NCBI RefSeq assembly: GCF_000155975.1
Contig: NZ_GG730299.1
Span: forward strand, 2,557,740 to 2,581,739
Direction: 5' to 3'
DNA length: 24,000 bases
Source: Citrobacter youngae ATCC 29220
Lineage (GTDB): Bacteria > Pseudomonadota > Gammaproteobacteria > Enterobacterales > Enterobacteriaceae
Shown here in pieces: positions 9,459 through 17,881 of the stretch; the stretch's first letter is position 1; the number at the start of each line of letters is the position of its first letter. The position numbers and the translations under genes were made by a program. The notes below the pieces were generated by a model. The model searched no databases, was not told the DNA's origin, and saw nothing but the letters and a program-made list of their open reading frames with translations.

Positions 9459-11006
9459 ATGAGTCACGAAAAGATCGCCCCCCTACTCAGTGCACAGGCT
9501 GTCTGTAAGCAGTACTCTGGCGTCAAGGTACTGAAAGGTATTGACTTTGTCTTGCGCAAAGGCGAAGTCCATGCGCTGCTGGGAGGGAATGGCGCCGGGA
9601 AATCCACGCTGATGAAAATCATCGCCGGTATTACCCCGGCGGATAGCGGAAGCATTGAAATTGAAGGTTCCCGCTGTACCAAACTGACGCCAATACTGGC
9701 GCATCAGTTGGGGATCTACCTTGTACCGCAGGAGCCGCTACTCTTCCCCAGCCTGACGGTAAAAGAGAATGTCCTGTTTGGTCTGCCCAAACACCAGAGC
9801 TCGACGCAAAAAATGAGCGCAATGCTGGGCGCTCTGGGCTGTCAGTTTGATATTAACAGCCCGGCAGGATCGCTGGATGTCGCCGACAGACAAATGGTCG
9901 AGATCATGCGCGGGCTGATGCGCGATTCGCGAATTTTGATCCTTGATGAACCCACAGCCTCGCTCACACCTGCAGAAACAGATCGCTTGTTCAGTCGCCT
10001 GCGTGAGTTGCTGAGCACCGGCGTGGGGATCGTCTTTATCTCCCATAAGCTGCCAGAAATACGCCAGATCGCGGATTACATTAGCGTGATGCGGGACGGA
10101 ACCATCGCGCTTTCCGGTAAAACAGCGGATCTCACCACCGACGAGATTATCCAGGCCATCACGCCCGCTTCACGCACCAATGCGCTAAGTGCGACACAGA
10201 AACTGTGGCTGGAGTTGCCCGGCAACCGTCCACAACACGATGCGGGCACACCGGTGTTAAGCCTTGAGAATTTGACCGGAGAAGGATTTATGAACGTGAG
10301 CTTCGAAGTCCGCGCCGGAGAAATTTTAGGTCTGGCTGGTCTGGTCGGCGCCGGGCGCACCGAACTTGCCGAAACGCTTTACGGATTACGGCCTCTGCGG
10401 GCTGGAAGGATCCTGCTCGGCGGCAAGGATATTTCCGCGCTTTCCACCCGCGAACGTCTGCAAAGCGGCCTGGTATATCTACCGGAGGATCGTCAATCCT
10501 CAGGGCTGAATCTGGATGCTTCGCTGGCATGGAATGTTTGCGCATTGACCCATAACCACAGCGGTTTCTGGGCAAATCCGGCAAAAGACAGCGCCACGCT
10601 CGAACGCTATCGCCGCGCGCTCAATATCAAGCTGAACGATCCCGAACAACCTGCCCGCACGCTCTCCGGCGGTAATCAGCAAAAAATACTGATTGCCAAA
10701 TGCCTCGAAGCCTCGCCGCAGGTGCTGATTGTGGATGAGCCGACGCGCGGTGTGGACGTCTCTGCCCGTAACGACATCTACCAGTTGCTCCGCAGTATTG
10801 CGGCTCAGAACGTTGCGGTGCTGTTCATCTCGTCAGATCTGGAGGAGATAGAACAGATGGCCGATCGCGTTTACGTCATGCACCAGGGGGAAACAGGCAC
10901 CGATGCCCTGCAGGGCGACGAGATTAATGTCGACACCATCATGCACGTAGCGTTCGGCGACAGCACGTCAGGGACTACGCCACATACCGGGGAGGCGCCA
11001 TGCTGA
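9459..11006 (+). CDS. lsrA: AI-2 ABC transporter ATP-binding protein (duplicated ATPase)
   Basis: The 515-aa ORF has two ABC ATPase halves (Walker [10 protein letters not shown], signature LSGGNQQK, Walker B ILILDEP and VLIVDEP). It belongs to the ribose/CUT2 family and occupies the first position of the lsr operon. Confidence 0.93.
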   Translation: MSHEKIAPLLSAQAVCKQYSGVKVLKGIDFVLRKGEVHALLGGNGAGKSTLMKIIAGITPADSGSIEIEGSRCTKLTPILAHQLGIYLVPQEPLLFPSLTVKENVLFGLPKHQSSTQKMSAMLGALGCQFDINSPAGSLDVADRQMVEIMRGLMRDSRILILDEPTASLTPAETDRLFSRLRELLSTGVGIVFISHKLPEIRQIADYISVMRDGTIALSGKTADLTTDEIIQAITPASRTNALSATQKLWLELPGNRPQHDAGTPVLSLENLTGEGFMNVSFEVRAGEILGLAGLVGAGRTELAETLYGLRPLRAGRILLGGKDISALSTRERLQSGLVYLPEDRQSSGLNLDASLAWNVCALTHNHSGFWANPAKDSATLERYRRALNIKLNDPEQPARTLSGGNQQKILIAKCLEASPQVLIVDEPTRGVDVSARNDIYQLLRSIAAQNVAVLFISSDLEEIEQMADRVYVMHQGETGTDALQGDEINVDTIMHVAFGDSTSGTTPHTGEAPC

Positions 11007-12049
11007 AATTTATCCAGAATAACCGCGAGGCAACCGCACTGTTGGCCGTGCTGTTGCTGTTCGTTCTGCCGGGGATGCTTGACAGCCAGTACCTCAGCGT
11101 ACAGACGCTGACGATGATCTTCAGCAGCGCGCAAATCCTCATGCTGCTGGCGATGGGGGCGACGCTGGTGATGCTGACCCGCAACATCGACGTATCGGTC
11201 GGATCGATCACCGGGATGTGCGCCGTGCTGCTGGGACTGCTGCTGAACGCGGGATATCCCTTGCCTGTGGCCTGCGTAGCAACGCTGCTGCTGGGACTGC
11301 TGGCGGGGTTTATTAATGGCGTGCTGGTCGCCTGGCTGAAAATCCCGGCGATCGTCGCCACGCTGGGAACGCTGGGTCTGTATCGCGGCGTCATGCTGCT
11401 CTGGACGGGCGGTAAATGGATTGAAGGGCTGCCAGCCCAGCTGAAGCAACTCTCTGCCCCGGTGTTCCTCGGCATCTCCGCCATCGGCTGGCTGACCCTG
11501 CTGCTGATGCTGCTGATGGCCTGGCTGCTGGCAAAAACCGCCTTTGGCCGCTGTTTTTATGCCACCGGGGATAATTTGCAGGGCGCACGGCAACTGGGTG
11601 TGCGTACCGAAGCCATCCGTATTCTGGCCTTCTCGCTCAACGGCTGCATGGCGGCGCTGGCCGGGATCGTCTTTGCTTCGCAGATTGGCTTTATCCCTAA
11701 TCAGACGGGAACCGGGCTGGAAATGAAAGCCATTGCCGCCTGCGTACTGGGTGGAATCAGTCTGCTGGGCGGTTCCGGGACGATCATTGGCGCCGTGCTC
11801 GGCGCCTATTTCCTGACGCAAATCGATAGCGTACTGGTCCTGCTGCGCATTCCGGCGTGGTGGAATGACTTTATTGCCGGTCTGGTCCTGCTGGCGGTGC
11901 TGGTCTTTGACGGTCGGCTGCGCTGCGCGCTGGAACGTAATATCCGTCGGCAAAAATATGCCCGCTTCACTCCGCAGCCTCAGCCGCGTCCGTCGGCAAA
12001 AAGCGCAGCGGATACTGTGCGCACCGCCAAAAAACGTGAGGTTGCCTGA
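11000..12049 (+). CDS. lsrC: AI-2 ABC transporter permease
   Basis: The 349-aa polytopic RbsC-like permease has a start that overlaps the lsrA stop (ATGCTGA). Confidence 0.92.
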   Translation: MLKFIQNNREATALLAVLLLFVLPGMLDSQYLSVQTLTMIFSSAQILMLLAMGATLVMLTRNIDVSVGSITGMCAVLLGLLLNAGYPLPVACVATLLLGLLAGFINGVLVAWLKIPAIVATLGTLGLYRGVMLLWTGGKWIEGLPAQLKQLSAPVFLGISAIGWLTLLLMLLMAWLLAKTAFGRCFYATGDNLQGARQLGVRTEAIRILAFSLNGCMAALAGIVFASQIGFIPNQTGTGLEMKAIAACVLGGISLLGGSGTIIGAVLGAYFLTQIDSVLVLLRIPAWWNDFIAGLVLLAVLVFDGRLRCALERNIRRQKYARFTPQPQPRPSAKSAADTVRTAKKREVA

Positions 12050-13047
12050 TGACTCATTTACATCGTTACGGCTGGGAGCTGGCGCTCGCCGCGCTACTGG
12101 TGATTGAAATTCTGGGATTCGGCGCGCTGAACCCGCGCCTGCTGGATCTGAACGTACTGCTGTTCAGCACCAGCGACTTTATCTGCATTGGCATTGTCGC
12201 TCTCCCCTTAACCATGGTGATCGTCAGCGGCGGGATCGATATCTCCTTCGGTTCCACGATGGGGCTGTGCGCTATCGCGCTGGGCGTGATGTTCCAGGGA
12301 GGCGTACCGTTGCCGCTGGCTATTATCCTGACGCTCGCGCTGGGCACGCTGTGCGGACTGATCAACGCCGGGCTGATTATCTACACGGGCGTGAATCCTC
12401 TGGTCATTACCCTGGGAACGTTGTACCTGTTTGGCGGCAGCGCTTTGCTGCTGTCGGGGATGGCGGGAGCGACCGGTTATGAAGGTATCGGCGGCTTCCC
12501 GCAAGGCTTCACCGATTTTGCCAATCTCGATGTGCTGGGCCTGCCCGTGCCACTGATCTTCTTTCTGGTCTGCGTACTGTTTTTCTGGCTGCTGATGCAC
12601 CGAACCCACGCCGGACGAAATGTCTTCCTGATTGGGCAGAGTCCTCGCGTGGCGCTGTATAGCGCCATCCCGGTGAATCGAACGCTGTACGCGCTGTACG
12701 CGATGACCGGCTTTGCCTCAGCGGTCGCAGCAGTGCTGCTGGTCTCTTACTTTGGCTCCGCACGTTCCGATCTTGGGGCCTCTTTCCTGATGCCAGCCAT
12801 TACGGCGGTCGTCCTGGGCGGCGCCAACATCTATGGCGGTTCCGGGTCAATTCTTGGCACAGCCATCGCCGCGCTGTTAGTGGGCTATCTGCAGCAGGGG
12901 CTGCAGATGGCTGGCGTGCCCAATCAGATATCCAGCGCCCTCTCCGGCGCATTACTTATTGTCGTTGTCGTAGGTCGTTCCGTCAGCCTGCATCGTCAGC
13001 AAATTAAAGACTGGATGGCGCGTCGTCGCGCTGTTCGGCAGGCCTGA
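12049..13047 (+). CDS. lsrD: AI-2 ABC transporter permease
   Basis: The 332-aa polytopic RbsC-like permease has an ATG that overlaps the lsrC TGA (TGATG). Confidence 0.92.
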   Translation: MTHLHRYGWELALAALLVIEILGFGALNPRLLDLNVLLFSTSDFICIGIVALPLTMVIVSGGIDISFGSTMGLCAIALGVMFQGGVPLPLAIILTLALGTLCGLINAGLIIYTGVNPLVITLGTLYLFGGSALLLSGMAGATGYEGIGGFPQGFTDFANLDVLGLPVPLIFFLVCVLFFWLLMHRTHAGRNVFLIGQSPRVALYSAIPVNRTLYALYAMTGFASAVAAVLLVSYFGSARSDLGASFLMPAITAVVLGGANIYGGSGSILGTAIAALLVGYLQQGLQMAGVPNQISSALSGALLIVVVVGRSVSLHRQQIKDWMARRRAVRQA

Positions 13048-13073
13048 AACCCATTGCCCTAAAGGAAAAGTAC

Positions 13074-14096
13074 ATGACTATTCAGAGCATTAAAAAAATT
13101 GCCGTAATCAGTACCCTTAGCCTGGCGGCGTTCACCCTCAATGCTTATGCCGCAGAGCGAATCGCATTTATCCCGAAACTGGTTGGGGTGGGATTCTTTA
13201 CCAGTGGCGGTAACGGCGCCCTGGAGGCTGGCAAAGCGCTTGGCGTCGATGTCACCTATGACGGTCCAACAGAGCCCAGCGTGTCTGGCCAGGTTCAGCT
13301 CATCAATAACTTCGTTAACCAGGGGTATAACGCCATTGTGGTTTCCGCCGTTTCGCCTGATGGCTTATGTCCGGCGTTAAAGCGTGCCATGCAACGTGGC
13401 GTGAAAGTTCTGACCTGGGATTCTGACACCAAACCAGAATGCCGTTCGTATTACATCAACCAGGGCACGCCGGCCCAGCTAGGGGGCATGCTGGTCGATA
13501 TGGCCGCAAATCAGGTCAAAAAAGAAAAAGCCAAAGTGGCCTTCTTCTACTCAAGTCCAACCGTGACCGATCAGAACCAGTGGGTGAAAGAGGCAAAAGC
13601 CAAAATCACCAAAGATCATCCGGGCTGGGAAGTGGTCACTACCCAGTTTGGCTATAACGACGCGACCAAATCGCTGCAAACCGCAGAAGGCATCATTAAA
13701 GCTTATGCCGATCTCGACGTCATCATCGCGCCGGACGCCAACGCTCTTCCCGCCGCAGCTCAGGCTGCTGAAAACCTGAAAAATACCAGCGTGGCAATTG
13801 TCGGATTCAGTACGCCAAACGTAATGCGTCCTTATGTTGAACGCGGCACGGTAAAAGAGTTCGGTCTCTGGGACGTGGTTCAACAGGGCAAGATCTCTGT
13901 GTACGTGGCCGATGCGTTGCTGAAAAAAGGCGATATGAGTACCGGCGACAAGCTAGACATTCCGGGCGTGGGGCAAGTTGAAGTCTCGCCGAACAGCGTA
14001 CAGGGCTACAGCTACGAGGCGAAGGGAAATGGCATCGTGCTTCTGCCTGAACGCGTGGTGTTCACCAAAGAGAATATCGATAAATACGATTTCTGA
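13074..14096 (+). CDS. lsrB: Periplasmic AI-2 binding protein
   Basis: The 340-aa ORF has a Sec signal peptide (..[14 protein letters not shown]). The mature part is a type I periplasmic sugar-binding fold, colinear with remembered LsrB ([18 protein letters not shown]). Confidence 0.93.
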   Translation: MTIQSIKKIAVISTLSLAAFTLNAYAAERIAFIPKLVGVGFFTSGGNGALEAGKALGVDVTYDGPTEPSVSGQVQLINNFVNQGYNAIVVSAVSPDGLCPALKRAMQRGVKVLTWDSDTKPECRSYYINQGTPAQLGGMLVDMAANQVKKEKAKVAFFYSSPTVTDQNQWVKEAKAKITKDHPGWEVVTTQFGYNDATKSLQTAEGIIKAYADLDVIIAPDANALPAAAQAAENLKNTSVAIVGFSTPNVMRPYVERGTVKEFGLWDVVQQGKISVYVADALLKKGDMSTGDKLDIPGVGQVEVSPNSVQGYSYEAKGNGIVLLPERVVFTKENIDKYDF

Positions 14097-14124
14097 ATTT
14101 CATTCCGTAAACGTGGAGTAAAAA

Positions 14125-15000
14125 ATGGCTGATTTAGATGACATCAAAGATGGCAAGGATTTCCATACTGATACGCCGCAACGCAATACCCCGTTCACTC
14201 TGAAGGGGTGCGGCGCACTTGACTGGGGGATGCAGTCCCGACTGTCGCGCATTTTTAATCCTGAGACCGGAAGAACGGTCATGCTCGCGTTTGACCATGG
14301 CTATTTTCAGGGACCAACAACTGGGCTGGAGCGTATCGATATTAATATCGCCCCACTCTTCCCGCTGGCTGATGTGCTGATGTGCACACGCGGTATCCTG
14401 CGCAGCGTGGTGCCGCCTGCCACCAACAAGCCAGTGGTCCTGCGCGCCTCGGGTGCGAATTCGATTCTCACCGAGTTAAGCAATGAGGCGGTTGCGCTCT
14501 CCATCGATGATGCCGTTCGTCTCAACAGCTGCGCCGTCGCGGCGCAGGTGTATATCGGCAGTGAGAACGAGCACCAGTCGATCAAAAATATCATTCAGTT
14601 GATCGATGCTGGCATCAAAGTCGGCATGCCGACAATGGCGGTGACCGGCGTGGGGAAAGACATGGTGCGCGATCAGCGCTACTTCTCACTCGCCACCCGC
14701 ATCGCCGCAGAGATGGGGGCGCAGATCATCAAGACCTACTATGTCGATAAAGGTTTTGAGCGCATCGCCGCGGGTTGTCCGGTGCCGATTGTTATCGCGG
14801 GTGGTAAAAAATTACCTGAACGTGAAGCGCTTGAGATGTGCTGGCAGGCCATCGATCAGGGGGCATCCGGTGTCGATATGGGGCGCAACATCTTCCAGTC
14901 CGATCACCCTGTCGCCATGATGAAGGCCGTCCACGCGGTGGTGCATCGTAATGAAACCGCTGAACGCGCGTATGAACTCTATCTGAGCGAAAAAAACTAA
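14125..15000 (+). CDS. lsrF: 3-hydroxy-5-phosphonooxypentane-2,4-dione thiolase (class I aldolase fold)
   Basis: The 291-aa ORF has [13 protein letters not shown]...[23 protein letters not shown], near-identical to remembered LsrF. Confidence 0.94.
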   Translation: MADLDDIKDGKDFHTDTPQRNTPFTLKGCGALDWGMQSRLSRIFNPETGRTVMLAFDHGYFQGPTTGLERIDINIAPLFPLADVLMCTRGILRSVVPPATNKPVVLRASGANSILTELSNEAVALSIDDAVRLNSCAVAAQVYIGSENEHQSIKNIIQLIDAGIKVGMPTMAVTGVGKDMVRDQRYFSLATRIAAEMGAQIIKTYYVDKGFERIAAGCPVPIVIAGGKKLPEREALEMCWQAIDQGASGVDMGRNIFQSDHPVAMMKAVHAVVHRNETAERAYELYLSEKN

Positions 15001-15005
15001 AAAGG

Positions 15006-15033
15006 GCATGGGCCTGCCCCGGTGGGCCCATGC
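15006..15033 (+). other. Intercistronic stem-loop between lsrF and lsrG
   Basis: GCATGGGCC (15006-15014) pairs with GGCCCATGC (15025-15033) as a perfect 9-bp GC-rich stem with a 10-nt loop. It is followed by GTTTTAAGGAG, which is the lsrG RBS. Confidence 0.5.
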
Positions 15034-15050
15034 GTTTTAAGGAGAAAAGT

Positions 15051-15341
15051 ATGCATGTCACGCTGGTGGAAATTAACGTCCACGAAGATAAAGTCGACGA
15101 GTTTATCGACGTATTTCGCCTCAATCATCTGGGTTCAGTGCAGGAAGAGGGAAATCTCCGCTTCGATGTGTTGCAGGATCCGGAGGTTAAGAGCCGCTTT
15201 TATATTTATGAAGCCTATAAGGATGAAGCGGCCGTTGCGTTCCATAAAACCACGCCCCACTACCTTGCCTGCGTAGAAAAACTGGAATCGCTGATGAGCT
15301 GCCCGCGAAAAAAACGCGTCTTCAATGGATTGATGCCATAA
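15051..15341 (+). CDS. lsrG: (4S)-4-hydroxy-5-phosphonooxypentane-2,3-dione isomerase
   Basis: The ORF track starts at 15030. ATG 15051 lies 6 nt after AAGGAG and gives [19 protein letters not shown] (96 aa, ABM/antibiotic-monooxygenase fold), matching LsrG. Confidence 0.92.
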   Translation: MHVTLVEINVHEDKVDEFIDVFRLNHLGSVQEEGNLRFDVLQDPEVKSRFYIYEAYKDEAAVAFHKTTPHYLACVEKLESLMSCPRKKRVFNGLMP

Positions 15342-15351
15342 GGATCTAAAA

Positions 15352-16095
15352 ATGAACCGTTCCTTTTCCGGATTGCATCGCGCAGAGTGCGTATCTTTGC
15401 TGAAGCGCTACCCATTAAGCATCGGCATTCTTGCCGGTCAGTGGCTCAAACTCGGGGAATACCTGCAAGATCTTCGCGCGCTTGAACAACCCGTTCTTCA
15501 CCTGGATCTGATGGACGGGCATTTTTGCCCTCAGTTCACCGTCGGTCCCTGGGCTATCGCACAATTACCGCAGCAGATGATTAAGGATGTCCATCTTATG
15601 GTGGATAATCCCTGGCCCGTGGTGCAGGCAAGCGTAAAGGCGGGAGCACACTGCGTTACGTTGCAGGTGGAAAACACGCCGCATCTGCACCATATGCTTC
15701 ATTGGCTTGGTGAGCAAAATGCTGAAGTTTCCGGCGGTAAGATGCCGGTATTGCGAGGGATTAGCCTGTGCCCAGCAACGCCACTGGAACACATTCTACC
15801 GGTCATTGAAGACGTTGAAATAGTACAGATTCTGGCGGTAAATCCTGGCTACGGTAGCAAACTTAGCAGGTCAGCTTTACTCAGGCGCATCGCCCAGGTG
15901 GTCGCATTGCTCAATGCAGCGGGCAAGCGAGACGCCATTCTGCTGACAGTTGACGGTTCGCTAAACCTGGAGGAACTTCCGGAGATAATCGCCAGCGGCG
16001 TGGATCGTGTGGTATCCGGCAGCGCACTCTTCAGGAACGATGCTCTGGCGGATAATATCTCTCGCTGGCTCACTACAATTCATTCAGCGAAATAA
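15352..16095 (+). CDS. lsrE: Ribulose-phosphate 3-epimerase-family protein, lsr operon terminal gene
   Basis: The 247-aa ORF starts 10 nt after lsrG and has an AGGA RBS. RPE-family motifs are present (LHLDLMDGHFCPQFT, DVHLMV, VDGS). An RPE homologue after lsrG is the Salmonella-type lsrE arrangement, which E. coli K-12 lacks. Confidence 0.8.
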   Translation: MNRSFSGLHRAECVSLLKRYPLSIGILAGQWLKLGEYLQDLRALEQPVLHLDLMDGHFCPQFTVGPWAIAQLPQQMIKDVHLMVDNPWPVVQASVKAGAHCVTLQVENTPHLHHMLHWLGEQNAEVSGGKMPVLRGISLCPATPLEHILPVIEDVEIVQILAVNPGYGSKLSRSALLRRIAQVVALLNAAGKRDAILLTVDGSLNLEELPEIIASGVDRVVSGSALFRNDALADNISRWLTTIHSAK

Positions 16096-16096
16096 G

Positions 16097-16330
16097 AACG
16101 ACTACGTTTTCTTTTGTCACCAGGGCACCAACGATTTGCCACTCGCCATTAAGTTCAACGCTCCCTTGGTAGAAAGCCTGAATATCCACAGGCAGGAGGT
16201 CATGAAGAGGGAGCGTCCTGCAACAAAGTGGGGCGATGAAAGGCATAAACCGTTCCCGCGTTTTATTCATCTTCATTATTGCAACCATAATTACTGGCCT
16301 CTCCAGCCCGAAAACTTTCACAAGCGTTGA
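16097..16330 (+). pseudogene. Probable remnant of a second VOC-family gene (no start codon, truncated)
   Basis: This frame reads NDYVFFCHQGTNDLPLAIKFNAPLVESL...KWG. It parallels the N-terminus of the intact VOC protein at 5607 (FSYIMLGTNDLPRAIQFYDPLMEML...SWG). There is no ATG at the expected position, since the first codon follows the lsrE TAA by 1 nt. The frame stops at about 78 codons versus about 130 for a full VOC protein. Confidence 0.4.
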
Positions 16331-16442
16331 GCGTTTTTATTCCACTCGGCTCACATTATTTTTTATTTGTTCAGCTTTGCGCTTTTTCACGTGAACGCTC
16401 TCACAATTATTCGACCAGTCTGCGCCTATAAAACGCTCAACG
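16325..16442. repeat. Long-range inverted repeat bracketing the sgcX promoter region
   Basis: The left arm is CGTTGAGCGTTTTTAT (16325-16340). The right arm is ATAAAACGCTCAACG (16428-16442). They are reverse complements apart from one extra T, and the arm centres are about 102 bp apart. Confidence 0.6.
16390..16405. promoter_or_regulatory. CRP-like site upstream of sgcX (class-II-like geometry)
   Basis: cGTGA-acgctc-TCACA matches the CRP core at 9 of 10 positions. A TATAAA -10 candidate at 16427-16432 would put the site centre at about -41.5. Confidence 0.5.
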
Positions 16443-16473
16443 AGTGATTGTTTTACGTTCTACGGAGATAGCT

Positions 16474-17595
16474 ATGTCATTTTCTGTGCAGGAAACCCTG
16501 TTCTCGCTTTTGCAGCACAACGCGATTTCAGGACACGAAAACGCGGTCGCTGAAGTCATGCTGCGCGAATTCAGGCGTCAGGCAAAAGAGGTCTGGCGAG
16601 ACAGGCTGGGGAATGTCGTCGCCCGCTACGGTAGCGATAAACCCGATGCGCTGCGGCTGATGATTTTTGCGCATATGGATGAGGTCGGTTTTATGGTGCG
16701 CAAAATAGAGCCGTCTGGATTTTTGCGCTTTGAGCGCGTTGGCGGTCCTGCGCAGGTCACCATGTCTGGTTCCGTCGTCACCCTCGCCGGGGACAATGGG
16801 CCGGTCATGGGATGTATCGGCATTAAGTCATATCACTTTGCCAAAGGCGACGAACGCACGCAGTCACCTGCCGTCGACAAACTGTGGATTGATATTGGTG
16901 CCAAAGACAAAGATGACGCCATACGAATGGGCATTCAGGTCGGTACGCCTGTCACTTTGTATAACCCGCCCCAACTCCTGGCAAACGATCTGGTGTGCAG
17001 TAAAGCGCTTGACGATCGTTTGGGCTGTACTGCCCTGCTCGGTGTAGCGGATGCGATCGGTACTGCAGAACTTGATATCGCCGTTTATCTGGTGGCTTCG
17101 GTACAGGAAGAATTTAATATCCGCGGCATTGTTCCCGTATTACGCCGCGTAAAACCCGATCTGGCGATTGGTATTGATATCACACCATCGTGTGACACTC
17201 CTGATTTACACGATTATTCCGAGGTCAGGGTTAATCAGGGCGTTGGGGTCACCTGCCTGAACTACCATGGTCGGGGAACGCTGGCAGGATTAATCACGCC
17301 TCCGCGCCTGATACGGATGCTGGAACAGACGGCTTTAGAACACAACATTCCGGTGCAGCGAGAAGTGGCTCCCGGCGTGATAACAGAAACAGGTTATATC
17401 CAGGTTGAGCAGGATGGTATTCCCTGCGCCAGTCTCTCTATTCCTTGTCGCTATACCCATTCTCCGGCGGAGGTTGCCAGCCTGCGTGATTTGGCTGACT
17501 GCATCCGCTTATTGACCGCTCTGGCAGGTATGCCAGCAGCACATTTCCCCGTTGAGCCTGATTCAGGCGCTACACAAGAGGCACATCCATTATGA
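16474..17595 (+). CDS. sgcX: M42 family metallopeptidase / endoglucanase-like protein
   Basis: The ORF track starts at GTG 16444. ATG 16474 follows a GGAGA RBS and gives a 373-aa product, the length of SgcX. M42 (FrvX/YpdE-like) hallmarks are present (FAHMDEVGF, DDRLGC, QEEFN). Confidence 0.88.
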   Translation: MSFSVQETLFSLLQHNAISGHENAVAEVMLREFRRQAKEVWRDRLGNVVARYGSDKPDALRLMIFAHMDEVGFMVRKIEPSGFLRFERVGGPAQVTMSGSVVTLAGDNGPVMGCIGIKSYHFAKGDERTQSPAVDKLWIDIGAKDKDDAIRMGIQVGTPVTLYNPPQLLANDLVCSKALDDRLGCTALLGVADAIGTAELDIAVYLVASVQEEFNIRGIVPVLRRVKPDLAIGIDITPSCDTPDLHDYSEVRVNQGVGVTCLNYHGRGTLAGLITPPRLIRMLEQTALEHNIPVQREVAPGVITETGYIQVEQDGIPCASLSIPCRYTHSPAEVASLRDLADCIRLLTALAGMPAAHFPVEPDSGATQEAHPL

Positions 17596-17870
17596 AAAAG
17601 ATCCTTGTGGCATGCGGTACCGGCATGTCGACTTCAACCATGATTGCACACAAGCTGCAAGCGTTCCTGACTGAACAGGGCATTGCAGCCACCACCGCCC
17701 AGTGCTGTCTGAATGAGATCCCACTTAACTGTAACGGCATGGACCTTCTTGTAACCTCCATGCGAACCAACAGCGATTACGGCATCCCTACGCTGAATGG
17801 CGCCGCCCTGCTCACAGGGATCAACGACGACGCGTTAAAACAACAAATCAAGGCTCTGTTAACTCAATAA
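17592..17870 (+). CDS. sgcB: PTS galactitol-family EIIB component
   Basis: The 92-aa ORF has MKKILVACGTGMSTS with the phospho-Cys motif of lactose/galactitol-type IIB domains. Its ATG overlaps the sgcX stop (ATGA). Confidence 0.9.
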   Translation: MKKILVACGTGMSTSTMIAHKLQAFLTEQGIAATTAQCCLNEIPLNCNGMDLLVTSMRTNSDYGIPTLNGAALLTGINDDALKQQIKALLTQ

Positions 17871-17881
17871 AAGGAGGCATT

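Noticed and set aside
11495-11530. A short tandem CTGCTGATG CTGCTGATG repeat within lsrC.
   Set aside because: It simply encodes a Leu/Met-rich TM helix ([11 protein letters not shown]). It is in frame and intact, with no sign of slippage or phase variation.
10871-11953. A 360-aa ORF on the minus strand, antisense to lsrA/lsrC. Other long antisense ORFs occur at 1193-1867, 7788-8402, 10975-11484, 12208-12609, 17864-18328 and 18520-18984.
   Set aside because: These are shadow ORFs opposite strongly supported genes. Their translations are low-complexity and rich in Q, R, H, P and G, with no recognisable domains or RBS. A stop-poor antisense frame is expected opposite GC3-rich membrane-protein genes.
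16073-16321. An 82-aa minus-strand ORF (MKVFGLERPVIMVAIMKMNK...) in the lsrE-sgcX gap.
   Set aside because: It is the antisense of the frame that carries the VOC-like similarity. It has no RBS and no family resemblance, so the plus-strand pseudogene reading explains the region better.
16202-16330. A possible 42-aa ORF (MKRERPATKWGDERHKPF...) preceded by a perfect AGGAGG (16194-16199).
   Set aside because: The Shine-Dalgarno ends only 2 nt before the ATG, which is too close for efficient initiation. The peptide is simply the in-frame tail of the VOC remnant. It remains an untested possibility, not a call.
16007-16330. The 107-aa ORF in the track, which would fuse 30 codons overlapping the 3' end of lsrE to the VOC-like sequence.
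   Set aside because: It starts at a GTG inside lsrE in another frame, with no RBS. The overlap part has no VOC similarity, so I call only 16097-16330 as a remnant.
6000-16443. A search for att-like direct repeats at the two borders of the lsr module. Shared k-mers were tgaagaggg, ttggtag and ctccagcc.
   Set aside because: The matches are only 7-9 nt, are not colinear between the two borders, and fall within chance expectation for regions of this size.
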